Positions 15,466-29,222 of a DNA stretch of 64,000 nucleotides are shown here, piece by piece. Source of the DNA: the human T2T-CHM13v2.0 reference genome, Homo sapiens; the NCBI RefSeq assembly GCF_009914755.1, contig NC_060925.1; one strand, given 5' to 3'. How positions within the stretch are numbered: the first letter of the stretch is position 1; each line of letters starts with the position of its first letter. Made by a program: the position numbers and the translations under genes. The notes under the pieces were generated by a model. It searched no databases, was not told the origin of the DNA, and saw only the letters and a list, made by a program, of their open reading frames with translations.

Positions 15466-17012
15466 AGAGGTATATCACAAAGAATTTTAAAAACAGATTA
15501 AAATAATGTTTTTATGTATGGTATAAAACTTGTTTTCTAATTAAGATTTTCTTTAAAACCTGAGAAAAAGTCAAGGTATAATTATTTATACCTTATATAT
15601 TACACAAATATAGTCCCTTTTTACAGGTAGAAAAGACAAAGGGGAGATTTCAAGGTTAAATGCCTTTAGGATATATAGGTAATAAAAATGAGTAGAGTGA
15701 GCCTACAAAAGACAGACTATAAAAGGACATGTAGTAAAAAATAGATCCCATTCCCCTTCCCAAAAAAGCAACCATTATTCAGCTCCATCCATGTGGAATG
15801 TGGGCCCAGTGTTGACAGATACTTTTGATTTTTCAAGAAAATCCAGAATATTTATGAAAACAAAATCACCTAATTTTTAAGTTGGGAAAAATAATTAAAC
15901 ATTTCATGAATACCATGTGAGCCAAATAAGGTGTGTCAGGGGGCCATTATTTTTTATCTCTGTATTATGATATGGGAACTTAAATTGGAAAAGAAAAAAT
16001 TCTTTACGGTTAATCACATGTTTAAAGTAAAGGGCTACTTGAATTTTTTAATCTGTTACGGTGGCTTTTAGACTGAAAATAGTTTTTATCTAATTTTTTT
16101 CAAATGTGCCACACTAAATGCAGGAAAATTAATCCTAATTTTGCAGATTCTAAGGTTAACATTTTAAAAGAAAATGAACATGGACATTATTAAACCTGTT
16201 TCCTTGACCTTAAGAACTTTTAAAAAAATAAGTTAGACACAAGTTGTTTAATCAGAATTGGTACATATATAAATTATATATGTATATTATTTGACATTTT
16301 TGAGATGTCTGAATTTTATAGGCACACTATCAAAAGAAAATACAATCTCAGAATAGGGTTGATCACTTTAAAAATTAGCTTACTAGAGCCCATAATGTTG
16401 ATATTACCATATGACAACTTCATGATTCAACATAAAGGACAACTGAAATCTGGGAGGATACTGGCTACTAGAAAGTTTCGAGGAATAGCAGACACTACTT
16501 TATTCTGGTAACTTCTTGAGAGTATTTACATCACAACTTGTAAGAAACAATGAGAAAATGAGACATCCAAAAGGATTAAAACAGATTAGCAAAGAACTCA
16601 TAAAGAGAAGAATTATGTCCTTTGGAACAACAAACAGAATCACACATTTAGAAAAATAATTATTGGCTGAGAAACTATAGCAGGAAAACAAACTGAAAGA
16701 AAAAGAATAAATTTGAAATTCATGACCTCAGACCAAAAATATGCTTATATTTGTTGTATATTCTAATACTAGTCTATCCTCTAGGAAAGTGAGCAATTAA
16801 TTCCCATTTAGGTTGTCCTAAAAAAAAGTAGTAAGGAAGTAAAACAATAAAAGAGTTGGGGGATTATCATTTGAAGTCTAAAACTTTCAGTAGTATATAA
16901 TTATATCTTCAGTGAATTCTTAAAGCATTCACGGCATGGTAGTTACGTGGCTGGATACTGAAGTCAAACTTCATATAGACATGCCATGCATTGTCATTCA
17001 CTCATTATACAC

Positions 17013-17220
17013 CAGGGGCGTCCAATCTTTTGGCTTCCCTGGGCCACAGTGGAAGAAGGAGAATCATCTCAGGCCCCACATAAAATATACTAAAAATAGC
17101 TGATGAGCAAAAAAAAGGAAAAACTTTTAAAATGCTGTAAGAAAGTTTATGAATTTTTTGGCCACATTCAAAGCTGTCCTGGCCACATGCAGCCTGCAGG
17201 CCATAGGTTGGACAAGCTTG
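17013..17220. mobile_element. MER30 inserted in a MIR
   Basis: caggggcgtccaatcttttggc...ggttggacaagcttg; 8-bp TSD ttatacac/ctatacat. Confidence 0.85.
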
Positions 17221-17859
17221 CTATACATGATCTTTCTCAAGCTACACAGCACTCTGTGCCTCACTTTTCTCCAATGTAAAGTAGTGATAATAGCAGTACC
17301 CACCTTGAGAGATGTTGATAGGATGAGTGGAGATTACATATATTCACTATATCATTATATGCATTCACTATCACTATTCGCTATCACTTTATTCATCATT
17401 GTAAGGCGAGATGGAAAAAATGCTGAGATACTGATGCAGAAATTTGACCATAGTGAACAGAGGTAATGCATTAAGCAAAATGGTAGGTTATTACTGGCTC
17501 TTTCTTTCTCTTCATATAAATTTACCTCCCCTCACCCAGGACCTTCCCAAGTCTGGTCACTTGTTTTGTAATGCCATCCTTCTATACTTCTGTCTTAAAA
17601 GAGTAATTCCTTAAGAAATTTTTACATTTATGGTCAACTAATTATTAGTTCAAAACTTAAGAGTGCTGCACAACAGCTCACCACCCATTCCTAACTGGCC
17701 CACCTATGTGTTTCACGTGTTCTTCTTTCCTTCAACTCACTCTCAACTTCTATTTTCTATACTTATCTCTTTGCCCTTACCTCATTATCACTCAATGGCC
17801 AGCACAATCTCTCCTCTCTGTCACCTTCTCTATCTCCTTTCCTCATTTTCTGTCATGGT

Positions 17860-18340
17860 AAAAGTGAAACTGGGTAACTACAGGAAGAAATGTGTATTGT
17901 TACCAAAGGGAATCGGAATAATAGAAGAAACATTAAGTTACTTAAAAGACACCATGGCAGACTGATCCTTAGAATATGACTCAAATAATACAATATAAGC
18001 TGCTGCTTCCCCATATGCATAGTTATTCTCAGGAATAAGTTACATACATTAATACATCCAAGCAAGAAGCCCAAGTGCATAAAACCTTAATTATTGCTCA
18101 AGATTGATATGTGACTGACAAGAGGAGAAGCAATTAGTCCAGGTTGGTAAATAAAAGCAGACAGATGACACAGTTACTAGCAACTTAACTTCCATCACCT
18201 CTAAATGGACTGTAACTACATTCTTGGTATTGACAATGCCAATATAAGATCAGACAGAGCCTCCGGATTCTTTGTACACTAAGATGCAACCATCTCCTCC
18301 AAGGAGTTGTATAATAACACTGCCCACCAGACCTATGTAT
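17860..18340 (+). mobile_element. Highly decayed ERVL-like pol (reverse transcriptase) remnant
   Basis: Ordered motifs LPKGIGIIEETLSYLKD, AAASP, YILGIDNAN and ctccaagga (PQG) resemble ERVL pol motifs. Confidence 0.4.
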
Positions 18341-20987
18341 CAACAGAATAGGTATCAAAATGCCAAATACCAAATTGGAAAGAGTCTTAATTATGTACCG
18401 CAGATATGCAGTGTCCTACTTCTTTATTTCTATAGACAAACATGATCATATTAAACAAGGAAATTGGGGAAAAAAACAATGAAGAAAAAGGATCAACATT
18501 TTGTACTCACACAACAAGAAAATAAATATTCAGAACTTGACAGAAGTCTATAATGGAGCTTTTTAGGAAAAAGAGTAAATACTAGACATCTACTGTTTCC
18601 TGCATTTATAGTGTGGTCTGCAATATACACTCTTCAAATTATGAAGTTTAAACACCTATGTTTAAGAATAAGCACAAAAAAAAATTAGAAATATGCATGT
18701 ATTATTAGACCTCAAGTATCCACCCCTGACAGTTATTTGCTTAACCTGTTTTTATAAACACAGCATACAAACCTTGATGAATGTTTCTCCTGTTATTCTT
18801 CTACCTTACCCAACACTTTTTCCCCCTTACCAGCTTATTTTACGGTCAGAGGTTAAACTGCTAACCCTTCACCTTCCAGGAAAGTTTTTTTTCCTCTCTC
18901 ATAAAAGGTTTTTCACAGTGTGCAGCAGTCGGATTAGCTCTTCTCTTCGAGAACAAAAGCTCTGTCTTTGTCTTCGTTGTTTGGGCATGGAGCCCCTACA
19001 TCAGAGGAAGCTGCTCCTACTCAACATGCACAATAATGATATTGTGAGGCCCCACGAAAGCCTGGCCTCTCAGTGTCTAGACTCTCATCCAACCAGCTAG
19101 CCAAAGAGAAAATCCTGTCAAGCACTCAGCTGAAAATTAACTAAGGTATCCTGTTGAGAACCTGATGAAGATGTTATTTGACCATACGGTAAAACTTTCT
19201 ATTGTTGAACATAAAGATAAGAGAAAAACTTTTAGAACTCAATGCTTTAACAATCCTGGTCACCAATTCACACATGGGTCAGTAAATGTATTTTACCAAC
19301 ATACAACCCCTTCCTCTATACGTGCTCTTAAAATAATACACAGGCTTATTTATGATATTCTAATCTCTTGCATTTAAAAATCTGTGCAACTAAAAGATAC
19401 ATTCAAAAAATTACAAGAAATTATATTTTATTTGCAGTATTTACATTAAATATTTATCATTAGAAATTCTGCTACTGTATTTTTCACTGAAGGACCCAAT
19501 CAAAATGCAGAAGTCAAAATAAAACTGTCATATCTTTTCATATTCCTGAATAAGTTTTAAAATATTGAACAGAAGAGAAACAGTAAACTAAAAAGTAGAT
19601 AACTGATTAAAACTTAGAAATGAAAAGAGTATATAAACCAAACCATTCTTATAAAAACTATCTGTAAATTTTTTAACCTGTAAAAAGTTAAACACATTAG
19701 ATAAATTTAAATTCAGTCATATGATGGTAGTGAAAGATAATTCTCTCAAGTATATTAAGTTATGGTTGAGTTCATGAATATTTACAAGGGGCTTTGGGGA
19801 CTGCTGCAGTTTATGAAATATTTTGTAATTTAAACCAATAGCAACAACAAATATTGAAAATTAAGTGAAAACTATATATGATTACAACCACATTTAATAA
19901 GCTCATATTGAAATCTAAAAAGGAATACACAAAAATAGATGTTTTGTGTTATTGGTATAAAAAGAAAAATCTTTTTCCTTCTTTCAAAATTGACTGCAAT
20001 ACATTACATTCGTAATTTAAAAAAAAAAACTTTGCAAAATAATCAGAATAGTTCAAAACCCTACAAACAGACAGCAATTAATGAAAGATAAGGGTGTAAC
20101 TACTGTATACAGGATTCAGAATTAAAGAATACATCATTTGTTACATACTCCATAGAGTAATATAAATTGATTTCCCAAATTTTAGGAGAAACATAAATAT
20201 GCTTTTTTTTTAACCTACAACAAACTTAACAAAAGAAATACATTTATTCATAAGGGGGAAAATAATCAATGCTTATACATAGCAGATGTCTGGCATGGAG
20301 GAGTATGTTCCTACTCTTTTAATAGACACATGAAAATCTAAGCCTGGCAAACAAAAATATTTAAATTAAAGACTCTGGAACACAGTGGATAAGTAAGAAC
20401 TGGCAGAAAATGTTAAATATTTCATTCCTACTTCTGTAGAAAAAGCGGACAAAATTTTAACAAAATTTAAAAGAACATTTCATAAAACAATAATATGCAA
20501 TTTTAAGAAAATAGATTTGGTTAAATCTATATTATATATGAATAATACAAAAGTTAACAGAAAGGTACAAAAAACAATATTGAATGGGTCCAACATGCCT
20601 ACCATTGAGTATCTTTTACATCAATGAATTAGCAATCTGTAAAATGATTACAGTACCAAATACATCCACCCAAATACTGGAGGCAGAATGGCTTTATTCT
20701 ACTATACCTCTGCTTCAAGTGGTTTTATTTCCTCAGAATGCTACACAGCTCCACCTTGGCTTTTGGCAATTAAACTAAATAAAATTTAAAAGTCCAAGAC
20801 CTCAGAGAATTCACTGTTAAAAAAAAATACTCTGAAGCTACTTCTCATGGGTTCTCGGGTACATTTCCTTTGTTAGAAGAAGTGATCTAAAGTTTTGCTT
20901 AACAGTTTATGTTTACTTTAGTGTGAACTATGAAACATTCCATTTACAAAGTGTTCTTAGACTTTTATGAATTCTAAAGGGTATTAC

Positions 20988-21039
20988 TCGAAAATACAGG
21001 TTGGGGCCATCTTTTCTCCTCCCGTGGAGCTGCCGCCAT
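20988..21039 (-). CDS. DENND1B: Candidate alternative first coding exon of DENND1B ([17 protein letters not shown]), derived from the antisense RPL24 retrocopy and flank
   Basis: 52 nt from ATG to a TCGA|GTAATA donor, phase 1, in frame with exon 3; agrees with my recollection of an alternative DENND1B N-terminus. Confidence 0.7.
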
Positions 21040-21560
21040 GAAGGTCGAGCTATGCGGTTTCAGCCGGTACAAGGTCTACCCCGGACACGGGAGGCGCTAC
21101 GCCAGGACCGACAGGAAAGTTTTCCAGTTTCTTAATGCAAAATGCGAATCGGCGTACTTTTCCAGGGGGAATCCTCGGCAGATAAGCTGGACTGTCCTCT
21201 ACAGAAAGAAGCACAAAAAGGGACAATTGGAAGAAATTCAAAAGAAAAGAACTTGCCGAGCAGTCAAATTGCAGGGGGCTATTACAGGTGCCTCTCCTGC
21301 TGATATAATGGCCAAGAGGAATCAGAAACCTGAAGTTAGAAAGGCTCAACGAGAACAAGGTATCAGGGCTGCTAAGGAAGCAAAAAAGGCTAAGCAAAGT
21401 ATCTAAAAACACTGCAATGGCTGCTGTTAAGGCACCTACAAAGGCAGCACCTAAGTAAATGATTGTGAAGCCCGTGAAAGTTTCAGTTCTCGAGTTGGTG
21501 GAAAACGCTAAACTGGCAGATTAGATTTTTAAATAAATATTGGACTTAAAAAAAAAAAAA
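21005..21560 (+). pseudogene. RPL24 (eL24) processed pseudogene
   Basis: ORF 21038..21406 [24 protein letters not shown]...; intronless; frameshift near codon 120 plus a later stop; AATAAA at ~21532; poly(A); 15-bp TSD gaaaatacaggttgg (20990-21004) / gaaaatataggttgg (21561-21575). Confidence 0.96.
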
Positions 21561-21768
21561 GAAAATATAGGTTGGAATACTGCAAAACAACCCACTCTTT
21601 TGATTTCAAGCTCAATTTTAAGCTGCAGATTCCAACTTTTATTGAACTTGAATAGCAAAAATTTTGAGTCAGAGATAACATAAGATCTACTCATTTTGAG
21701 ACTTGGGATTAAATGGTTTGCCCAATTCTTTCTACCTGTCTGTCTGTCTCTCTATCTATCTATCTATC

Positions 21769-22039
21769 GAGACAGGATCTTGCTCTCTTGCTCAGGTTGG
21801 AGTACAGAGGCACAATCATAGCTTACTGCAGCCTCAGTTGAGGCTGCCTCAGCCTCCCAAATAGCTAAGACTACAGGCGTGTGCCACCACACCCAGCTAA
21901 TTAAAAAATAATAATAATTTGTACAGACAGGGTCTCACTATGTTGTCCAAACTGGTCTTGAATTCCTGGCCTGAAGCAATCCTCACACCTTGGCCTCACA
22001 AAGCACTAGGATTAGAGGTGTGAGCCACCATGCACAGCC
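21769..22039 (-). mobile_element. AluJ with (TCTG)/(TCTA)n tail
   Basis: Alu body; microsatellite at 21736-21768. Confidence 0.9.
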
Positions 22040-24069
22040 TCTTATGTTTTAAATTAAAATAATAAATTCTATGTATGTCATAAAAATCATCCCTGAGATA
22101 ATCTGTGATAAATTTGTTACTGTAACCTTTCCTTACAAATGCCCATACTGCATTCCTGTTGTACTGGAATGTCTATTCATTAGCCCCAAGGCTCTACTGA
22201 TCTTGCTTGCCTTTCTCTTAGACTGCTATTCAGATTTTTGTTATACCACTCATTCTGAAAACAGCTTCCTTTTTATTTGCGACTGCTGAGTACACACCCA
22301 AGCATCTATTCTTTTGAATGTCTCTTTGAGACTACTTCATAAATGAGATTTCTCAATACTAGCATTTATGCAAGACATCAAAACTATTGCTATGTCTCTT
22401 GAAAATCACTGAAGACTGACTAATTGCACATAAAAAAGCCTATTCTGAGTCTAAATCATACTTCATCTTTGATAAGCCCTCATCCATTCCTAACTCTATC
22501 CCAGTTCTTCCAATTGCACACATAGGGCATATCAGAGACACTGCTCCTTTCCTACAATCAGCTATAAGGCAGCACACCAATAAACCTGACAGCAACATCT
22601 CCAACAGAATAGTGGGAAAATCATCTGCCCTATGTCGAAGTGGTTGGATCTAAGCACCACCATAGCCCTATTCCTTTAGACAATGGCTTCAAACTTTCAG
22701 ATGCATAACAATCACCTGGGAAACTTTTTCCAAAATGTAGATTACACTCCCACCTCCATCCTTAAAATAATCAAAGTATGTCCCAGGATCCTGACTTCTC
22801 AATAAATCATCTATAGCTCTAAATCACATACTGACAAACACTGAATAGCAGCTCTTTCTAAACACTTGTGGACATCTGTCTAGCAACATTAAACATTCCA
22901 TCTTGGAGGTATGACAAAACTCCACAGGCCCCTGAAAACAAGGAGATTTTTTGCACTCTATTAGACTTGTTTGCCTCTATCTACTAAGCATTATAGGAGA
23001 TTCTCCTACTTAATCATTACGGTGAGAATGCAACAATGATTCTTATTCATTTTTAGGCCTTTTCTTAGCTAGACAAGAAAAACATTCACATAGGTATCCA
23101 GGATCTAATTTACTACAGGTAGGGAAGCCTCAAGATTCTAATTATGTAAAAATTGGTGAATTTAAAAATAAATACTTAGAATTCTGCTTCAAAAAAAGAA
23201 ACAAGTAAAGCTATGTCTTCCTGTTGAGTTACAATACACATCTCCCTTTAGTCTGGTAGAACTGTGTTTTCCAATCACCTTGAGGAAATAAAGCATTACT
23301 TAGTTCTAAGATAAAATTTCCAGTATTATGCTGAAATTTTATTAGAAAGGAGAGGGTAACATAGATATCTGACCTGGAAGCAGATAACCCAGCTCATTTT
23401 CTTCCCGCAGGTTTTGATTGCCTAATTTCCTATAATTTATTGTCCCTATTTACTTTCCCCTTCAACTGTATTTACACAGATTTCTCTGACACCTGTTTAT
23501 TACATTTCTTCTCCTCTCTGTCACTGATCCAGTATGAATTAGCATGCATGAGTACCCTCTGTTATATAACAGGACAAAGGGGAGTATCTAATATTATAAC
23601 TGGAAAAGAAGCTTTCATGACAAATGATTTTGAACCAATGCTGAATTTTGAATTTAAGGTGCTATTTTTCTCATTTAGACATAGAAGTATTTTCCTTTCA
23701 AAGCCAAAAAATATCAACATTAAATCCACATAGAGAATGACAGCCAGGTCACAACAATTCCCTCGTTTCTGGGAACTACATCTTATACCCAGGGTGGGTT
23801 TTCAGTAGTTGCATCCACAATTGGTGAATGTGACCTCAGGCCAGAGCTGATAAGTCAAACACATGACCTAATCTGGCCAGTTTCTTTCTCATAGAAGACT
23901 TGGGTTATTAACTGTGAAACACAACATGGAAGATGCTGATGCAGAATCACTTTTTGGCAGAAAGATGACAGAAGATCCTCAGAACTTCCATGGTAACTAT
24001 ATTCCCAAACATTATTTACCCATGTACTTAGTTACCATAGCTTTTCTTCTAACCATAGATGCAGAATGT

Positions 24070-25240
24070 TAAAGCAGCACTTTTACATCCATAAACAGGA
24101 CATCTGCTTCCAGCCAAGAGAAAGTACAAACTGTATTTGCTCTCTCTCTAACAACTAAAAATCTAAAAAAATACATTAAACAATTTTCAGACATTAGTAA
24201 ATGCAGGACAGTGATCCCTGACAGAGATAAAACAAACAAGGTAAGCCTTACAATTGGTCTTAATATCTGGAGTTTCCAGGATGTGGCACAAGGTGGGAGA
24301 AACCCAGGCAGAGCCCAGTGGTCTTCCTGAGATGAGGTTGGAAGGCCAAAGCATCTAGACTCCACAAAGAGAACAGAGACAAAGCTGCACAGGAATAGAG
24401 CTCTGGAGAGCTGCAGAAGGTTCACCACCAACCCACCCAAGACTTTAGTGCTGATGATCAGTGCACACATATGAGGAAACTACCAGACACTGAGGAAAGA
24501 ATCACCCAAAAGAAATGGGGGGGAAATCCCAGGATCAGCTGACATTCACACCACCCAGAGTGGGAAAACCTCATAATCAACAAGAGTATCCTGTACAGTA
24601 CTCAGAGGTTAACACCTTAGCAGTGGGACAAAATCAGCACTGGACTGAAGATGACTCTGGTTTCACCTACCAAAGCTTAAAAGCAAGCCTCAAATGTTCA
24701 AACTGTTTCCAAATAACTTAACTGTAATCTAAAACAAAACCTTAAGTGCATATGGGACATATACGAGAAGAAATCATATAATGCACCATAAAGCAAGTCC
24801 TAACTGATTTAAAAGGATTCAAGCCATACCATGATATTCTCTGGAATTACATTATCAAAATATAACAGAAACATCACAGGAAAATCCCCAAATATTTGTA
24901 ACTTAAATAACATACTTCTAAATAACCCAACGGTCAAAGAAGAAATCAAAAGGAAATGAAAATCTAAATGAACTCTAAATGAAAATAAAAACAAAACTGA
25001 TAAACTGATCAAAAGAAAGGACTATTCTCTGTGAAAGACAATGTTAGTTAAAAGCATGAAAAGACAAAATACAGATGGGAGAAAAAAATGCAAATCCAAC
25101 AAAGTCATTGTATCCTGGATATATTAAAATCTTTCAAAACTCAGTAATAAGAAACCAACCCAATAAAGAAAATATAAGAGAAAGAGCTGAACAGACATTT
25201 CACCAAAGAAGATATACAGATGGAAAATAAGCAAATGATT
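24070..25240 (+). mobile_element. Degraded L1M fragments
   Basis: acttctaaataacccaacggtcaaagaagaaatc; gaacagacattttcaccaaagaagatataca. Confidence 0.7.
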
Positions 25241-28200
25241 TCATCTTAATAAAACATAATTGAGTCTTAAAATGCTTCCACCAATTTCTAAGAAATCAGA
25301 CCTTTACCTCTAAATTAGAATATGTAATGTGCTAAGATATTCTTAACAGTTCCTTTCAGTTACCCTATGAAAATTTTGCACTATCAAATATAATTTTGCA
25401 TCAGCAAAGACAATCACTACAGCCCTGAACTTGTGTTTGATTTGGGGCTGGGCAGGCATATAACCTAATTATGAGCGCAAAAGGAAGGAGAGTGCGATTT
25501 TAATTCTGTTAAGTTGGTTAAAGTGAGACTCACTGACAATGAGCAAAAACTTGAAAAAGGTAAAGAAATTACTTGTGCAGATATCTTGGGAAAGTGTATT
25601 AGAAGTAAACAAAAAATGCAAACCCTTGAAGGAGCATGCTTGATGTTGTTCCAGGGATAGCAAGAAGCCAGTGTGGCTGCAGTTAAGAGAGCAAGGGAGA
25701 AAAGTGGGAAAGGATGAGGTTAGAAATGTAAACAAGGGGGATTTGAGCCAGTTATATGGAGCCTTGTGGGTCCCTGGCAAGTCTTTTATTTGAATGATTT
25801 GAAAAGGCAGAGGGATGAATAAAAAAGGAATTATGAGCAAGAGATCCCTATATGGGGAAGACTGAGTCTCAGAAAGTCAAGGTTTGAGAATTGAGGTTGT
25901 AGACAAATTTCTATTACTGTATCGAATATGCTACACAATATATTTTGAAAACTATCAAAAGGAAGATGAAATCCTTGCTTCAGTGAGTTGATAATGTAGT
26001 TGAAGAACTAAACAATAATACAATTAAAATGACAGAATGTTTAAATTACAAGGGGCTTTTGGATAGTCTATAGCTTTTGTTTACCTGAAGGAACTTGAGT
26101 CAAGAAAGGAAAAATGATTTATGCAAGATCATATAACTAGTTGTTGGTTCAGGCAGAACTAAATTGCCACCTTCATTAATAAGTTCTTTAAAGTCCAGTT
26201 TATCAATGGTATGAAGGACAAGCTGAAGAAAAGACTATACTTATGAAGCACTTTTGCAAGATAAATAAGCATTTGTCACATTCACTTGCTTTCCTGACTT
26301 CCAAATTTCTGTCCTACAATTTTGAAGGAAGGAGTGAAAAGCAAAGCTAACACCTATGTTGATAAGTAAATTTAGTAGATCAAAAGATAAAAATCCTTCT
26401 GTATTTTGATCAGAAAAGCACACAAAGCTTTTCATATGAAGACTATATTTTCTTCCTAAAAAAGAAAAAAAGACTATTTTCTGGAATTTCTCTAGGCTAC
26501 AAAGAGAAAGGACAAGACAAGTAAATCATTATCCTCTATGTTGATAAAGCTTGCTTCCTTCAAATCAAGATAAACACCGCTGGCTGGTAAAAAATAACAT
26601 CTCCTGCCAGAGTCCTCTCACTGAAGCAGTAGTACTTCTGACATATCCCAAGATAGAGTAACCAATTAATTCATGTGCATATTCCAAAGATCATCACTTC
26701 CAACTCAACCCAACTAAGGATGTATTACCCAAAAAAGGGTTTAAAGCGATTACAATGATGCCATCCTTATTTATGCATATTTATAGAGCAAATAATCATT
26801 AAAGCAGTTTTAAACTACAAATATACTTTTAAAATTCTAATGTTAGAATATTAATCTTCAAAGTAGAACAAGCCTAATGTGAGAATGTCAATACACAATC
26901 TTTAACACATTTCTGCACAATCGTTTGAACCTAATTATCAAATTGACAATTTAAAGTAATTATAAAGTAACACAAAAACATACCTTTTATGCCATTACCA
27001 AAGATTTACTATTTAATAAAACTTCTAAAAGTAGTTTCAAATATTTAACAGGCACAAAACTTAAAACATTGGTATCTATACAATCTCACCAGGTAAAGAA
27101 TTTAAAATTTCAGTTTCATAATCCTATACACAGAATGAATAAAATGGGCATAAACTACATACACTCAAAAAGAAAAAAAAGAACTAAAATAAACGTGGCA
27201 ACCCACACCTATGGTATGCAGAAAGGCAGAAAGAACATTAAACTTCATTTAGAGATTCGATTTGCAGTCTCAGCTCTTCCACTTTATAACTTTGGAATCT
27301 TAAGTATGGAAGAACTTCACTGAGCTTTAATTTGCTCAATAAAATGAGGATAGCTACTGAACCTAACATAGAGAGTTGCTGAGAAAATCAAAATTAATTT
27401 AAAATAATATATGTAAAATCCCTTTCAATCCGTAAATTAGTACACAAATTTACATTACAAGGAGAAATGTTAAATATAATACAATGGCACTATTTCAAGT
27501 CTTGGTCGATACCATCTAACATAGCAATCTAATTTCTTTAGTAATTTTTTCTTTCAAAAACTCAGTTCATAAAATGCTTTATGTTATCAACTGTAGGCAT
27601 ATGTTTACCTAGAGGTAAATAACCACAAACTAATCTGTCATATAACATCCTAATTCTCATCATTACCATAACAATAATATCAAGGGACAGAATTTTTATA
27701 CTTTAGTCTCATATTTCTACTGTGTGCTTTGTGGAACAAGACACATTTACTGAGTACCTACTTATATAATACTCTAAATAATTTTTAAAAGAAGAAAAGA
27801 TAACATCTCTGACTTTACCAATCTTGCAGTCTAGCTGGCATAATACTGTATATTCATAAATAATGCAAATTAAAGTGATAGGAGACTTCACTTTTGGTCA
27901 TGAGGCAGTAACAGGCACAAACCAGCTGGCCCACCATAAACAATGTAAAATAAAGTAAAACTGTACAAAATATTTGAAACAAATATTTTTAAAAGTTGAG
28001 CAACAGGAAAAGCAAGACTGTGGTCTCTGGGAAAAAAAGCACTACAATCTCCCTGGCTTTCTGTCTGAAGGCACTTTCAGAACTGTAGCACACAAAAAAC
28101 TACAGTCTTTCTGAGCAGCGGAAAAAGAGAATAAAGTCTGGAGATGAAGCAAAATTTGTGGAAGATAATATCAAATACAAGGAGCATCAGAAATCTGTAT

Positions 28201-29096
28201 AAGGGTCATATTAAGTCTCTGGCCAAACACTAGGTTGCATATGTGCAGGGTGACACTCTTGACAATGTCTGGCAGTGAATAGCTGAATGGAGATTCTGGT
28301 GGTCACATAGAACCAAGAGACAGAACAAGCAGATAAAACCATGGACATGTGAGGAATTCAACTGAGACACCTCAGAAAGGTCACACTGTTAGGAGACAAT
28401 TCCAGGGGTCTCTCACTTCACTTCACTTCTTTAGAGCCCAGATAGATGACTGGGTTTTATTCCAGACTATCTTTTCCAGGATGACTGACTGACAAGGGAA
28501 GTAATCATTAACAAAGTTTTAAGTTATTAACATGATATTAACAAGATTAAATCAAACACCCTTAGAAAACAGTCTCCATCCCAAGCAGAGCGCACATTAC
28601 CTTATAGCCTTGGAAGACAGAAATACAGATATACCTTGAAGATATTGCAGGTTCAGTTCCAGATCACCTCAATAAAATGAGTATCACAATAAAGCAAGTC
28701 ACACAAATTTTGTGGTTTCCTAGTGCATATAAAAGTTATGTTCACACTATACTGTAGTCTATTAAGTGTGCAATAGCATTATGTCTTTAAAAATGTACAA
28801 ACCCTAATTTAAAAATATGTTATTGCTTTAAGAAATGCTAACAATCTTCTGAGCCTTCAGCAAGTTGTAATCTTTTTTTTGGTGGAGGGTCTGCCTCAGT
28901 GTTGATGGCTGCTAACTGATCAGCCTGGGGGTTGCTGAAGGCTAGGATGGCTGTGGAATTTCTTAAAATAAGGCAACAATTAAGTTTGCCACATCAATTC
29001 ATTCTTCCTTTCACAAAAGATTTCTTTGTACCATAAGATGTGGTTTGATAGCATTTTATCCACAGTAGAACATCTTTCAAAAGTAGTGTCAATCTA

Positions 29097-29222
29097 AGCT
29101 GGTTACAATAGTGCAGGCCTGAAGTCCTAGCTGCTACGGAGGCTGAGGCAGTAGGACTGCTTGAGCCCAGGTGTTCAAGGCCAGCCTGGGCAACATAGCA
29201 AGACCCCATCACAGAAAAAAAA
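29097..29222 (+). mobile_element. FLAM (monomeric Alu) inside Tigger1
   Basis: Single Alu arm with short A tail. Confidence 0.8.

Noticed and set aside
18693-19100. 135-aa ORF in unique-looking sequence
   Set aside because: No recognisable homology or splice context; any enhancer role cannot be supported from sequence alone
21038-21406. RPL24 ORF as a functional retrogene
   Set aside because: Frameshift truncation, a further stop in the ancestral frame and many non-conservative substitutions
21050-21412. 120-aa minus-strand ORF
   Set aside because: Antisense shadow of the RPL24 coding frame; a different frame from the candidate DENND1B exon
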